Part shown: piece by piece, positions 1 through 12,500 of the stretch
Position numbering within the stretch: position 1 is the stretch's first letter
Layout: each line of letters begins with the position of its first letter
Assembly (NCBI GenBank): GCA_964106915.2
Contig: OZ066919.1
DNA from: Podarcis gaigeae
Taxonomy: Eukaryota
Direction: 5' to 3' (one strand)
DNA length: 64,000 nt
Program-made: the position numbers and the translations under genes
The notes under the pieces: generated by a model
Told to the model about the DNA's origin: nothing
Seen by the model: only the letters and a program-made list of their open reading frames with translations
Databases searched by the model: none

Positions 1-377
1 AGGGCCTCAGGTGATGATTGCAGAGTCTGGTATTGTGGTCCTGAGCCATTTAATAGTTTGTATTTTAAGCAAATCTTGAGTTTTTGGAAGCAATGGAAGG
101 TATTTAAGGTAAATGAGAGGGCCTGATATCATAGCATAGGATCCTTATTTATGAATTTTCTGAATGTTCTAGTGTGCCAGTCTGAAGGGTCCTTACCACA
201 GCTTTTAACTCATAAGAATTGTAAGGGCTTTTGGGTTCTTATGAATTCAGCCTGACCTCCCAGACTCTTCTAAAGCAAAGTTGCCCTGTGACTTGTGAGG
301 CTAAAGCTCCCTGATCTTTGAGGGTCTGTTTTGTAGTTTCAGAAAGCAGCCTTATATCAAACTGTTTGACTTTACAG

Positions 378-512
378 TGCTGGATAAAAAATGGACAGAG
401 TTGGACACCGATCAACATCGTACCCATGCCATGAGGCTTCTTGATGGCCTTGAAGTCACTGCTCGGGAGAAAAGACTGAGGGTAGCCCGTGCCATCCTCT
501 ATGTTGCACAAG
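378..512 (+). CDS. STRIP1: STRIP1 coding exon ([44 protein letters not shown])
   Basis: tttacag| acceptor, |gtatac donor. Confidence 0.95.
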
Positions 513-3500
513 GTATACCTTTATTACTGCCAGAGGAAATTCTCAGTTATGAAATGTTTGCTAGTTGCTGTGTAATGTCTTCATGGAATATGTATTAACA
601 TGGTACTTGAGTGAAACCAAGCCTGTTTTTTGAAAAAGAAAGAAAGAACAGAGATGAAGGAAATTTGTTTGTTACTACCTTTATTGCATAAATGACTGAG
701 AGCAGTATCCTACTAAATAGATCCACTAGTGCAGAGATTTCCACTTGTACAATGAAACCTCCTCCCTCTCTGCCAAATATGTGTGCCAAATCTGTTCCAG
801 AGAGTTGAGGAGAAACCCAGAACAGATTTAGGAGGTGTGCAAGGAGAGGAGAGAATGGAGAACTTCTGTTGTACAAGCAAAAATCCTTGCACTAGCAGAT
901 CTATTTAGTTGGATACCACCCTTACTCAGTTTCATTTTTATTTTTAGTTGTTTGGGGCTAGATTCTAGACTTACAATCACTTTCCATAGTAAACCAAGAT
1001 GGTTGTCCATCTTTGTTCATAGTGTGCCTGAACATCAGAGCTGACAGAGACAGCAGTTTGTAATTGACTATCACATATGTAGATATAATTAACCTGAGTA
1101 GCTGCTATTATCATCATCATCAAAGTTATATCCCACCCTTCCACTCAAAGGAGCCCAGGGCAGCAAGCGCACAAATAATGATACAGTTTAAACATTTAAA
1201 AGCAATTCCAATTGAAATGCAACCTGTAAAAGGCTTGTTGAAAGAAGAAGGTGCCAAAAAGACAACAGAGGTGGTCCCTGTGTAATATTTAATGGGAGGG
1301 AATTCCAAAGAGTGGGTGCCACATCACAAAAGATCTGATTCCTATATTTTGCAGAATGGACTGACCCCCATGCTCAGTTAGTTATCTGCATGAGGCCCTC
1401 ACCTACAGAGCAGTTATTTGTTGGGTAAATAAGGGGCAAGACGATCTTTCAGGTATCCTGGTCCCAAGCTGTATAGGGCTTTATGCACCAAAACCAACAC
1501 CCTGAACTTAGCCCAGTAACTAATTGCCAGCCAGTGCAGTTATTTTAGCAGCTATGTAACATGGTGGCAGTAGCCTGCCACAGTGAGCAGTCGAGCCATC
1601 TCATTTTGCACTACCTGCAGCTTCAGGACTAACTTCAAGGGTTGCCCTGCATAGAAAACATTGCATTAATTCAGCCTGCTGATTACCAGCACATGGGTGA
1701 CAGTGGCCCAGTCCTGAAATGGCCATAGCTGTCGTATTGGCCAAAACCGGTAGAAGGCACTCCTGGCCACTAAGAGCACTTGGGCCTCTACTGACAACTA
1801 TGGATCTGGGAGCACTCCTGGATGAGCCTGCTCTTTAAGTGGGAGTACAACCCTATCCAAAGTAGGGAGTTGGCCAATTATTAAGAACCTGCCACCCAAA
1901 ACACTTCCATCTTGCCAGGATTCAAAGTCAGTTTGTTGGCCCTCATCCAGCCTACCACCAAGTCCAGGCAGTGGTCAGAGCTTGCATGGTCTCCATATTA
2001 GTACAGATGCATGATATTGCATTAGTGACATATTTCCATTGCACCAAATATTCAGGCAACAGAGGTTGTTCGGTGGGATTATCCCTTGAGATGTTGGTGT
2101 GATCAAGTGCCATCAAGTCCCACTGGAAGCCATGTTTCATTTTATAATTGTGTAACACTCTTGTTCTCTGTCCTGCAGCAGGTTCCAGATGCTGCAGGAA
2201 GCTGACATTCTAGCTGGTTGTTTTCATAGTACCGTATTATAATTTTTGTGTTATTTTAATTTTGTGAATTCTCTGCCCTTAGGCATAAGAATCAGGAAAA
2301 ACATATCAGTTATGAAGAACAACAACATGCTTTATCTGTAAAATGGAGAGCAAATTGGTATGATTTTTGTTTTTGTGGCTGCAGGCACATTTGATGAGTG
2401 CAGCTCTGAAGCTGAAGTTCAGTCCTGGATGCGATACAACATTTTCCTTCTGCTTGAAGTTGGCACATTCAATGCTTTGGTGGAACTTTTGAACATGGAA
2501 ATTGAGTGAGTTCCATGTTGCTGCAGAGTTGGGCCTCTGAGAGGAATGTAGGCTGTTTAGATAGCCTGGTTATGATCTGCCCCACCAGGGTATATATTTT
2601 TACAGCTTGTGAATGATCAGATGCCAGATTCATTCTGGTATTCATCAAATTTTTATCTGATTCCATAGAAAGCCCTAGAGTTTAGGACTGGAGTTTTAAG
2701 GCAGTAGGGTAACACTGCAAGTTCTTTTCACCTACCTTTCCAGTATCTGATTAAGAAATGCTATCTTTCTGGTAATGGAAATAAAACAAGTAATCTAGAA
2801 TAATTTGATTTTTAATTATTCATTTATAATAATTGTATTAATATTATTAATGATACTATATTATAATACTTTGTAGTGCCAAACAAGAATCCCTTACTTT
2901 TGAGGATGGCGTTGTTGTTCTTGCAGCTAAAAACTAAACACGGATCGATAGAAAGATTAGTATATACTGGACTCAGATGAATGCCTCTCTAGCCCACTCC
3001 TTTGATCTCGGTAGGATCAAAAATGTTCCTACTCAGTTATCTTAAAAAAAGGAACACAAAGTTGTTATAGAATGTCTAGTAATTTGGTTCTATGGAGCAG
3101 ATGCTTCTCTCGTAGTTGAATTCAGTCCAGTTTGTAAGATCTCATAGCAACTGTTTTGGGCAGCTGCTGTTGGATATGTAAAGGAATTAGAGCATGTGCA
3201 GAGTGGTGCCTAGCTGCAGAGAAAGACCACAGGATATGCAAACTGTACGCTGCTGTTTTCATGTTATAATCTTAATGTGTAAAAAAAGCCTTTGATCCCA
3301 GATTGTCGGCAGCAAGAGCTAAGTTGATGTTGCTTCTTTTCTCTCAGCAACAGTGCTGCCTGCAGCAGTGCTGTGAGGAAGCCTGCCATCTCCCTGGCTG
3401 ACAGCACCGATCTGAGGTGAGGAATATTGGCATATAGGCCACAGGTGTGAAGAGATTTCCCTGTGAAGGACTCATGAGTTTAAAAGAATGCTTTGCTTTC

Positions 3501-6500
3501 CTTTCCTCCGCAGCCTTTCCTCTATTTGCATATTCTCTTGTGTTTTTTTTGAATCTTGGCATTTAGAGTGGAAAGGACCTTTTACACCATATAGTGCAAC
3601 TACAGCATAGCCTTCCAGCAGGGGTGGTAATATTTTTTCAGCCTGAGGGTCACATGCCAATAGTGGACAGGACAGAGGAAAAAGTGGGCAGAGCAACTAA
3701 TGTGAATTTGTATACCTTTGTATACCAGGCGGTTTCTTCACACACATCCCTCTGTCTTCCATCCAGGCAAGCAAGAAGCATGATCAGAGTTCAAGGGACA
3801 TATTCCAGCTAGGCAAAACACTTAAGGAGAGGCCAGATGAGGGGTATGGCTAAGGAAGAGACTTGAGTACCTGACAGAGAGGCCCAAGAAACTGCATCTG
3901 GCCTCAGGTCTGAGGTTGCCCATCCCTGCTTTCAGTATCTACTTGAATACTTCTCTGACATTTGTGCAAGAATGAGATTTATAGATTTGATGCAGCATAC
4001 TGTTGTGCCTTAAGTTGTCTGCATTGATCTAATGGACTTGGGTGTGTGTATGAAAAGATAGGTAACCAAACCCAACGCAGCTTTGAATAGAGTATGTTAG
4101 GAAGAAACACTGTGTACAGTGGTACCTCGGGTTACATACGCTTCAGGTTACATACGCTTCAGGGTACAGACTCCGCTAACCCAGAAATAGTGCTTCAGGT
4201 TAAGAACTTTGCTTCAGGATGACAACAGAAATCGTGCTCTGGTGGCGCGGCAGCAGCAGGAGGCCCCATTAGCTAAAGTGGTGCTTCAGGTTAAGAACAG
4301 TTTCAGGTTAAGTACGGACCTCCGGAACGAATTAAGTACTTAACCTGAGGTACCACTGTACTAGCTAACACGGTGTGCTAGTGACGGTGCACCTCATCTG
4401 TAGTGAAACCTCTATAGCTGGAAAATGGCGAGTTCTTCCAGGAGATGCTTGTGGTTTATGTAAAGATACACCCACTAGAATGAGTACATTTTTTTTTAGC
4501 AATACAGGTTGCTAAGCAACAGTCACCTTGGCAATATAGGCTGTGAGCAGGAGGAAAATGCTGGCTTCTTTCAGTAAAACTTGTCATCTTCTCGTTGTGC
4601 CAAGCATATAATGTTGCTACTTCTGATGAAGCCGGGGGGGGGGGGTGAATCACTTGTGCACACTTTGCTAGTCTAGCCCCCTCTCTCCTACCCCTGCAGT
4701 TTTGAATAAGCTGAGCCATATTGTCAGAGTTTGCCTTTCTAACCTGCTTGGTCTTTGCAATCCATTTTTGCAGGGTGCTGCTGAATATTATGTACCTTAT
4801 CGTAGAGACTGTCCGTCAGGAATGTGAAGGAGACAAGCCTGAGTGGAAGACCATGAGACAGACCTTTAGAGCAGAACTAGGTAAGGATTCTGTTGCTGCC
4901 CATTTTGTGTTTGTTAAGGCTGTTTTATAAGTCTCTTGATTTGAAGTAGGTATCAGTAAGCCGGTAAGGTGCAATTACTTTGTTGCAAGAAAAACTGCCT
5001 AGCCAGGTGTGGAAAGGTATTTTTTTTTTCATTTGAGCTAAATGGGCAGGATGTTTAGAACTAAACTGAAGCAGGGACAGTGTATACATAGACCAGAAGA
5101 AATACAGTGGTTATGGACAATATAACGGCTGTTATGTTGGACCTACTAGTGAATTGACGGCAGAGGATGGGGTTGGAATATATACAGCTAGAACTGAGGC
5201 ATCTGCATGTAACAAGGCCATCGCCAATGTATTGCCTTTCAGGGGCACCTCTGTATAACAATGAGCCATTTTCCGTGATGCTCTTTGGAATGGTGACCAA
5301 ATTCTGCAGTGGCCATGCCCCACACTTCCCTATGAAGAAGGTGTTGCTGTTGCTCTGGAAGACTGTCCTGGTAAGAGGGTGTTGCCTATGAATAAAGATT
5401 GCTTCTTTTGCTGTAACTAAAAACTCTGTCCCCTTGGGATATAACCAGGATTACACAAAGTGATGTGGTGGTGCTGTTTTAATTTCTTGACTGAGATCAG
5501 TTCAGAGACAAGCATGCTTAGCGTTTAAGCTCTAGGACATGCATAGGTCCAGAGTCCTTTTTATTATTAAAAGCTCTATTGTATCTAACCAATAAATGTA
5601 AACCACTACAAGGATGTATATGTGTTGTATGATAATATCCTAGGTTGAGTTTGTCACCACCATTGAAAGATCTGATGGAAACTTTGCAATTCACAGCAGT
5701 GGGGTTTTGGGGGTGGGGATATTATACCCACAGGCACAGGACCAGTCCCTTTTCATGCACTGTGCAGCGCACCTACAAGCTATGAACAGTCCTGGGTTGA
5801 AGCAGGATCTTAGATAGTGACTTGAAAAAAAAATCCCTTACTGATCTCTTCCATCACTGTTGACAAAACAGACACACAGGAGAGCTGCTCTGTAATTTGT
5901 TGGGCTTATTCAACTCCTTTCATATGTGTCCTGATAATGCCATTTGGCACATCCCTGTAGCAGTGCTGCTGGTTTCTTATGCTGGCTGCTAGCTGACTCT
6001 GGGTATCCTCAGGGCTTTTTGATTGCTTGAAAATAGCAGATGGCATCATGGATACAAGCCTGAGCAAATCAAGCTGCCATTGACACACTGGAAGGAAAAT
6101 CATTATTAATGTGAAATGAGGCTTCGGGGTTGTTTTGTTTAAATTAACAAATTTATAGATATTTTGAAACTCGGAAGAAAGAGATGAGTATTTTCTTGCT
6201 GACTAAAGTATCTTAGGAAGAGGTTCAGTTTACATGGGAATCCTAGGACTGACAAAGAAGCACACTTGCTGGCCTAAATTTGAAAACCAGGCAGTCCATA
6301 ATTTTATTTAATTATGAAATGTTTATCCCACCACACCAAAATGTTTTAATTTTTCATATTTAAATAAATTATTTCTGGATATTGACTAGAAAAGTATCCA
6401 AGGTTAGTTAATAAATGGACTTGCAGTGCACTAATACATAATCTTTTTAAAAAGAGCACAGGAATAAAAGAAGTTATTTTAGTTGGTGACCTAATGAAAC

Positions 6501-9500
6501 TCATACTGCATACATTTGCCTTACCTTTTCTTTTTCTTTTTGAACTGCTGAAATGTATAGTTTAAATACTACATTTTGGTGCTACAACTAGGATGCTATA
6601 ATATAATCCATTTGTGGATGATAAGGACATATTTTTCAGCTGTTTAAGACTAAATGATTATGAAATCAATAAAGTGCAATGTTGTTGCTAGTTTTCAAAG
6701 GACCTACTTCTGTGATCAGTTCAAAGTGGTCCAGCTGCCACTCAGCTAAACACACCTATTTCAGATAAGTCTACCTGGCTTTTCCAGAGTTCTTGGTGTT
6801 CCTCTGGCTGCCGAGTAAAGAGCATAATAGTACAGATACCACAGACAGGTAACATATGCTGCTGTTTAAACTAAAGTGGTCTTTCCCTGTCAGTGAGTGG
6901 ATGAGAATTGCCCGGAAGTCTCATGTAAGCCCCTCTGAACTTCTTGAAGAAAGAGAAGGATATGTTAAATACAGTGGTACCTTGGTTTTCGAATGTAATC
7001 CATTCCAGAAGACTGTTCAAGTTCTGAAATGTTCAAAAACCGAAAACTCAATAGCCAACAGCTAGGCCTCAGGATCTTGCACTCAGCAGAAGCCGCATGG
7101 CATGTTCGACTATCGAGGCATGTTGGAAAACCAAAATGTTCATCAACGGAGATATTCCAAAGCCGAGGTACCACTGTATGTGTGTCTGCTAGGAATGTGG
7201 AGCTCTCAGCTTCATGAGCGAGTGTCTTTAACTTCATTTGTTTGAAAGTTAGCTGTGAAAATGTTTCATATGAGCACAAAGACAGGTTTAAAATGCTATG
7301 TCCTTTGGTCTCTGCTGTGCCTTCTCATATACACAAATGGTTCTTTGAAGAATGATAGACATTCCTATAACTGCAGCAAATCCTCCATTCCTCCGTCTTG
7401 GTTTACCTTTAACACACTGGTTTTTGAAGGGTTTATGAGTGACCAAAGAGATAATGGAAGTGTATGACCTGCAATTATCCTCTTGCCGTAGTGCACCCTT
7501 GGAGGATTTGAGGAACTCCAGGATATGAAAGCAGAGAAAAGGGAGATGTTGGGGCTCCCCCCACTTCCTGAGGATAGCATAAAAGTGATTCGCAACATGA
7601 GGGCTGCCTCCCCTCCAGCATCTGCTTCTGATTTGATTGAGCAGCAGCAAAAACGGGGTCGTCGAGAGCACAAGGTAAGTCAGGGTACAATCTGGGTGGG
7701 ACGTAATCTTCTTTTGTTTAGGAAGACACTGAACCTAAGGAGAAGGCAGACTATAACATCATTTGCTGTGTGTGTATTCTTCCAGGCTCTTATTAAACAG
7801 GATAACTTAGATGCCTTCAATGAGCGAGATCCCTACAAAGCTGATGACTCCCGGGAAGAAGAGGAGGAGAATGATGATGACAATAGTCTTGAGGGAGAGA
7901 CATTCCCTCTTGAAAGAGATGAAGTGATGCCCCCTCCTATCCAGCACCCACCGACTGACCGACTGACCTGCCCAAAAGGTTTGCCTTGGGCACCCAAGGT
8001 CAGGTGAGCACCTATACAGGATTGTTGTATTTAAAGAAAACCCCAGAACTGGAAGGCTCTCATCTTCAGCCTCAAACCAGTGCTCAACTACTTGGTTAGT
8101 GCGCCTAATAGATTACTGAATGTGATATGTGCTCTGGCTTCTCGCATTGATGTTGTGATGATGTTTGGGAGCCTTGATGTCTTTGAGGATGCTTGAGATC
8201 AGAAGAGCCATTCTCATTTTTTTGTGTCTAGCATATTAAGGAAGTTCATCTCTCCAGGGCTTTGTGGTGAATGAAATATGCAATAATCTTGAGGAGCCCT
8301 AAAGTTCTATCTGAATATGATTCCCTTCTCTTTTCTTCAGAGAAAAAGACATTGAGATGTTTCTGGAATCAAGTCGGAGCAAATTCATTGGCTACACCTT
8401 GGGAAGGTGAGTTAATGGAGCCCCAAATTTGTTGCCTCTTAGCTTGTTTGTAGTGGATCTCTTCTTACTATGCAGCTAATGTGTTGAGTAACTGGCGGCA
8501 TACACTTTTTCCTGAAAAAAAGTAAAGACAGCAAGTTGTTCAGGCTTTGTTATTTTTTTAAGCATTCACGCAATCGTTTCTCATCCTGTGTTAAGCCACT
8601 ACTGTGATACTGTTCGGACACTGAGTTTCTGCTGCCCATCTTGTCAGCTCCTGAAATCTCAGGAGGTCTGGGCATGCAATCACAATTTTACCAAAATAGC
8701 TCATTTGTATCACTCATGATGTTTACTGGCTGACTGGTTTTGCTTTCACCCCCTCTAGTGACACTAACACAGTCGTGGGGCTGCCTAGACCCATTCATGA
8801 GAGCATTAAAACTCTTAAGCTGGTGAGTACTCACTGTGTGGACTTCTCAATTTGCATGTGTAGAAGACATCTCATCTAATTGGTTACTGCTTGTCCAGGC
8901 TAAGAAATATATCCTAAGCAGGAAAAGTGCTTGAATTTACGGTGCTGCCAAGATGATGAGGTTAACTGTCTCTGCCCGGTCTCTTTATAGCACAAATATA
9001 CATCTATTGCTGAGATTCAAGTACAAATGGAAGAAGAGTATCTGCGTTCTCCCTTGTCAGGGGTAAGTATCATAGGGCAAATGTTCAAAAGGGGGAAGAC
9101 GTGGTTTAGAAAGCATGTGCATGAAGAAGTGGAAGGGGAAAAGTGTGAATCTCTAATTTGGAACTGGACATTTGGCTGATCTTTGCTATCTGCATATGCT
9201 GGGAGTTGGTCAAAGAGTTGATCCCTCCTGATTCCTAACCTGCAAATCAGATTATTGGCTTTGGATCATGAGAACTCTGCCCACGAGACACTCTTATTGG
9301 AAAGAGAGACTTAGGATCTAACCCTTATGTGGTATGATGCTGTGCAGTTGCCTCTGGAAGGAGTTCTTTATTAAGGAAAGTTTTGCTGAGTTTCTGGATG
9401 AATGCTCTTAATATTCTGACTAACTTAGCATGCACTTGAGGTTGGAATGAATGATGCTATTATCTCCTTGTGTTAATAAAGGGGGAAGAGGAGGTTGAAC

Positions 9501-12500
9501 AAGTTCCTGCAGAAATCTTGTACCAGGGTCTACTTCCTAGCCTGCCACAGTACATGGTGAGTTACCGTTTCCTCCTAATGTTCATTCCCAAAGCTTCAGC
9601 ACACCCTTTTCCCATTTCTTAAACTCTAGACTCGGTTTGCATTTCACTGCTGGCTTATGCAAACTCCCATTCTGATATATCTCTTCTTTGCTTGCCAGTA
9701 TGTGACAAGCTATTTCCTTCGATGTTTCATGTTCATCTCTTCCCGTTATGAGTTTCCTTCTCCTCTTTCCTGTTCTTTGGCACTTCTGAAAGCCTTCTTT
9801 GCTTCACTCAACTTTCACCCACAGATTGCCTTGCTGAAGATCCTGCTGGCTGCAGCCCCCACCTCCAAGGCCAAGACCGATTCCATTAACATCCTAGCAG
9901 ATGTTTTGCCAGAGGAGATGCCGTGAGTCTCATTCTTAGGGGGAAAGCATATGGTGAATGAAGGGCAAAGGCAATGAATGGATGTTTACTTGACATTCAG
10001 TGGTTGGGCGTTGAGTGGGCAGGCTGACATTTATTTGTATATTTAGACAATTTCCTGCTGTTCTTTATATAAAAAAAAAATCAAATGCTTTTCATATGAT
10101 GGAACATTTGATTGTCTTGAACCTTGCAAAATGATGTGTGCAGCCTAGAATTAAGAGATCTGGTAGCAGAGAAAAGAAGTGTTTGGACTGGACCTGGAAA
10201 GCTGTTTTAAAATGGGTCTCCTTAGAAATAGCAGGCCTCTTAAGTATGGAGAGGGATGTTAAGTCAACAATCTCTTGAGAAGCTTCAAGGCAGCTTAAGT
10301 GGTGATGCTCGTGCTTCAATAGAAGACCTTTTTTTGCTGAATTTGAGTGTGTCATTAATACATGCACAGTACTTCTCCATGTCTGGAGCAACAAAGATTT
10401 CATAAGATTGGTAAATAGGTTCTGCCACATAGCATACATGGGTTCAAGGCAGTACTTTTTTAAAAAAAAAAACTTTTGTTCTGCACAGTACATCCTGAAG
10501 TGCTTATGTTGGCAAATGGAGCCACACACAGCTTGTTGAATTCTTCATTTTATTGACATATTAAACAGAGTCAGGAAGGGCTTGGAGAAAAGTATTGAAG
10601 AGTTGCCATCTCTTCCTTGATCACCCATATATTAACTAAAATTAAAGCAACCTTCTTCACTGGCCTGTAGAAAAGAGAGACCATAAAGTGCTACTTAAAG
10701 GAGAATTGCCCTAAAATATAAATAATAGCATTAAGCACAGACAGATCTGCCCTACCACAGTCACCATCACAGGCCGTCAAAGCTAATATTGCTGCTTTGC
10801 CTTCCAGAACAACTGTGTTGCAGAGCATGAAACTAGGCGTTGATGTGAATAGGCACAAAGAAATAATTGTAAAGGCCATTTCTGCTGTTCTGCTTCTACT
10901 GCTTAAGCATTTTAAGCTAAACCATGTCTATCAGGTAAGCATGAAATGGCATGAGCAATCAGCATTGGAATTGAAAGAGAGATTGAAGTAAATCTGGAAT
11001 TTGCTTGGCTAACCATTCTTATCACATCTGTTTCCTGCTCCAGTTCGAATACATGGCCCAGCACCTAGTGTTTGCCAACTGCATCCCCCTTATACTGAAA
11101 TTCTTCAATCAAAACATCATGTCATATATCACTGCCAAGAACAGGTAGGTGGGAATATCTCTAGCACACCTGTATCCCAAAACGCTGTGACAGGAAATGT
11201 GACACACTATTTTTGCAGTGGGACATCTGGATGGTATCCGGATGGGATATCTAAGAATAACTAGTTATCCTCCACAATTTTAACTTGCAGAAAGGAAGGT
11301 GTTTCATCCCACTGATAAACAAAAACCTGCTGAGAAATCATTCATCTCCACCAACACTACTACTTGTCTGTTAAATGGATAGCTTTAAAATGTGCTTGTT
11401 TGAAAAGACATTGAGTGACGTTCATGTAGATCCCATGGCCATGAGTGTCACTGGACTCAACAGACACCATTGCCCTAGTGGACTAAAACATTACTAAGCA
11501 GTTGGTTGATCTGCTTATTTTTCTTGGCAGTAGGTAAGTATCTGGGATAGGCAGATATGGAAAGATGTGCATACATGAAGCCTCTTGGTTGTTGCCAACT
11601 GAATAGCAGCAGGTGGAGATGATGTCACAATCATTTTTCTCATATGTTTGAACCTGGCAGGGCCAACCATTTTGGACACGGTATATTTGACTAGATAGGT
11701 CATCCATTCTGATCCGTTTGGGGTGTTTTGTGTTTTTTAGCATCTCTGTTTTGGATTACCCATACTGTGTGGTGCATGAGCTGCCTGAGCTGACTGCAGA
11801 GAGTCTGGTGAGCTAAACTGCCTGGACAGAAACATATATAGCCCAGGGGTGGAGATGGCATTGTCAAAAAGGGGCAATTTCTCACTTTCCTTACTTGGTA
11901 ATATTTCCTTTGTTTTGCTTTTTTTCCTATAGGAAGCTGGAGACAACAATCAGTTTTGCTGGCGAAACCTGTTTTCTTGCATTAATCTACTTAGGATACT
12001 GAACAAATTAACAAAGTGGAAGCACTCAAGGACTATGGTGAGTAGAAGGGCCTCCTCTCATAGTACTGTTAAGGCTTTATTGATCATGTACCATCATTTT
12101 GGCCTTAAGCAAATGGATGTTGACGAAGGCACAGATGAAGTCTTAGAAAACTGAGAGTGTTCCTTTGCTTTCTCAGATGTTGGTGGTATTCAAGTCTGCA
12201 CCCATTCTGAAACGAGCCCTCAAAGTGAAGCAAGCCATGATGCAGCTTTACGTTTTGAAGCTTCTCAAAGTGCAGACCAAGTATTTGGGGCGACAGTGGA
12301 GGAAGAGCAACATGAAGACCATGTCAGCAATCTACCAAAAAGTGCGGCACCGGCTCAATGATGACTGGGCTTATGGCAATGGTATGTCCTGGATCTGTCT
12401 CTCCTCTTTCCACCCACTCCAAGTCTTTCATAAGCCTTTAACTGCTATGCCAAGCCAGTTCCCTTAAATCACCCATCTGCCTTCCTGTTAACAGATCCCA

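Noticed and set aside
7288-7690. Three overlapping minus-strand ORFs (71-127 aa)
   Set aside because: Antisense shadows of a STRIP1 exon with no recognisable protein features.
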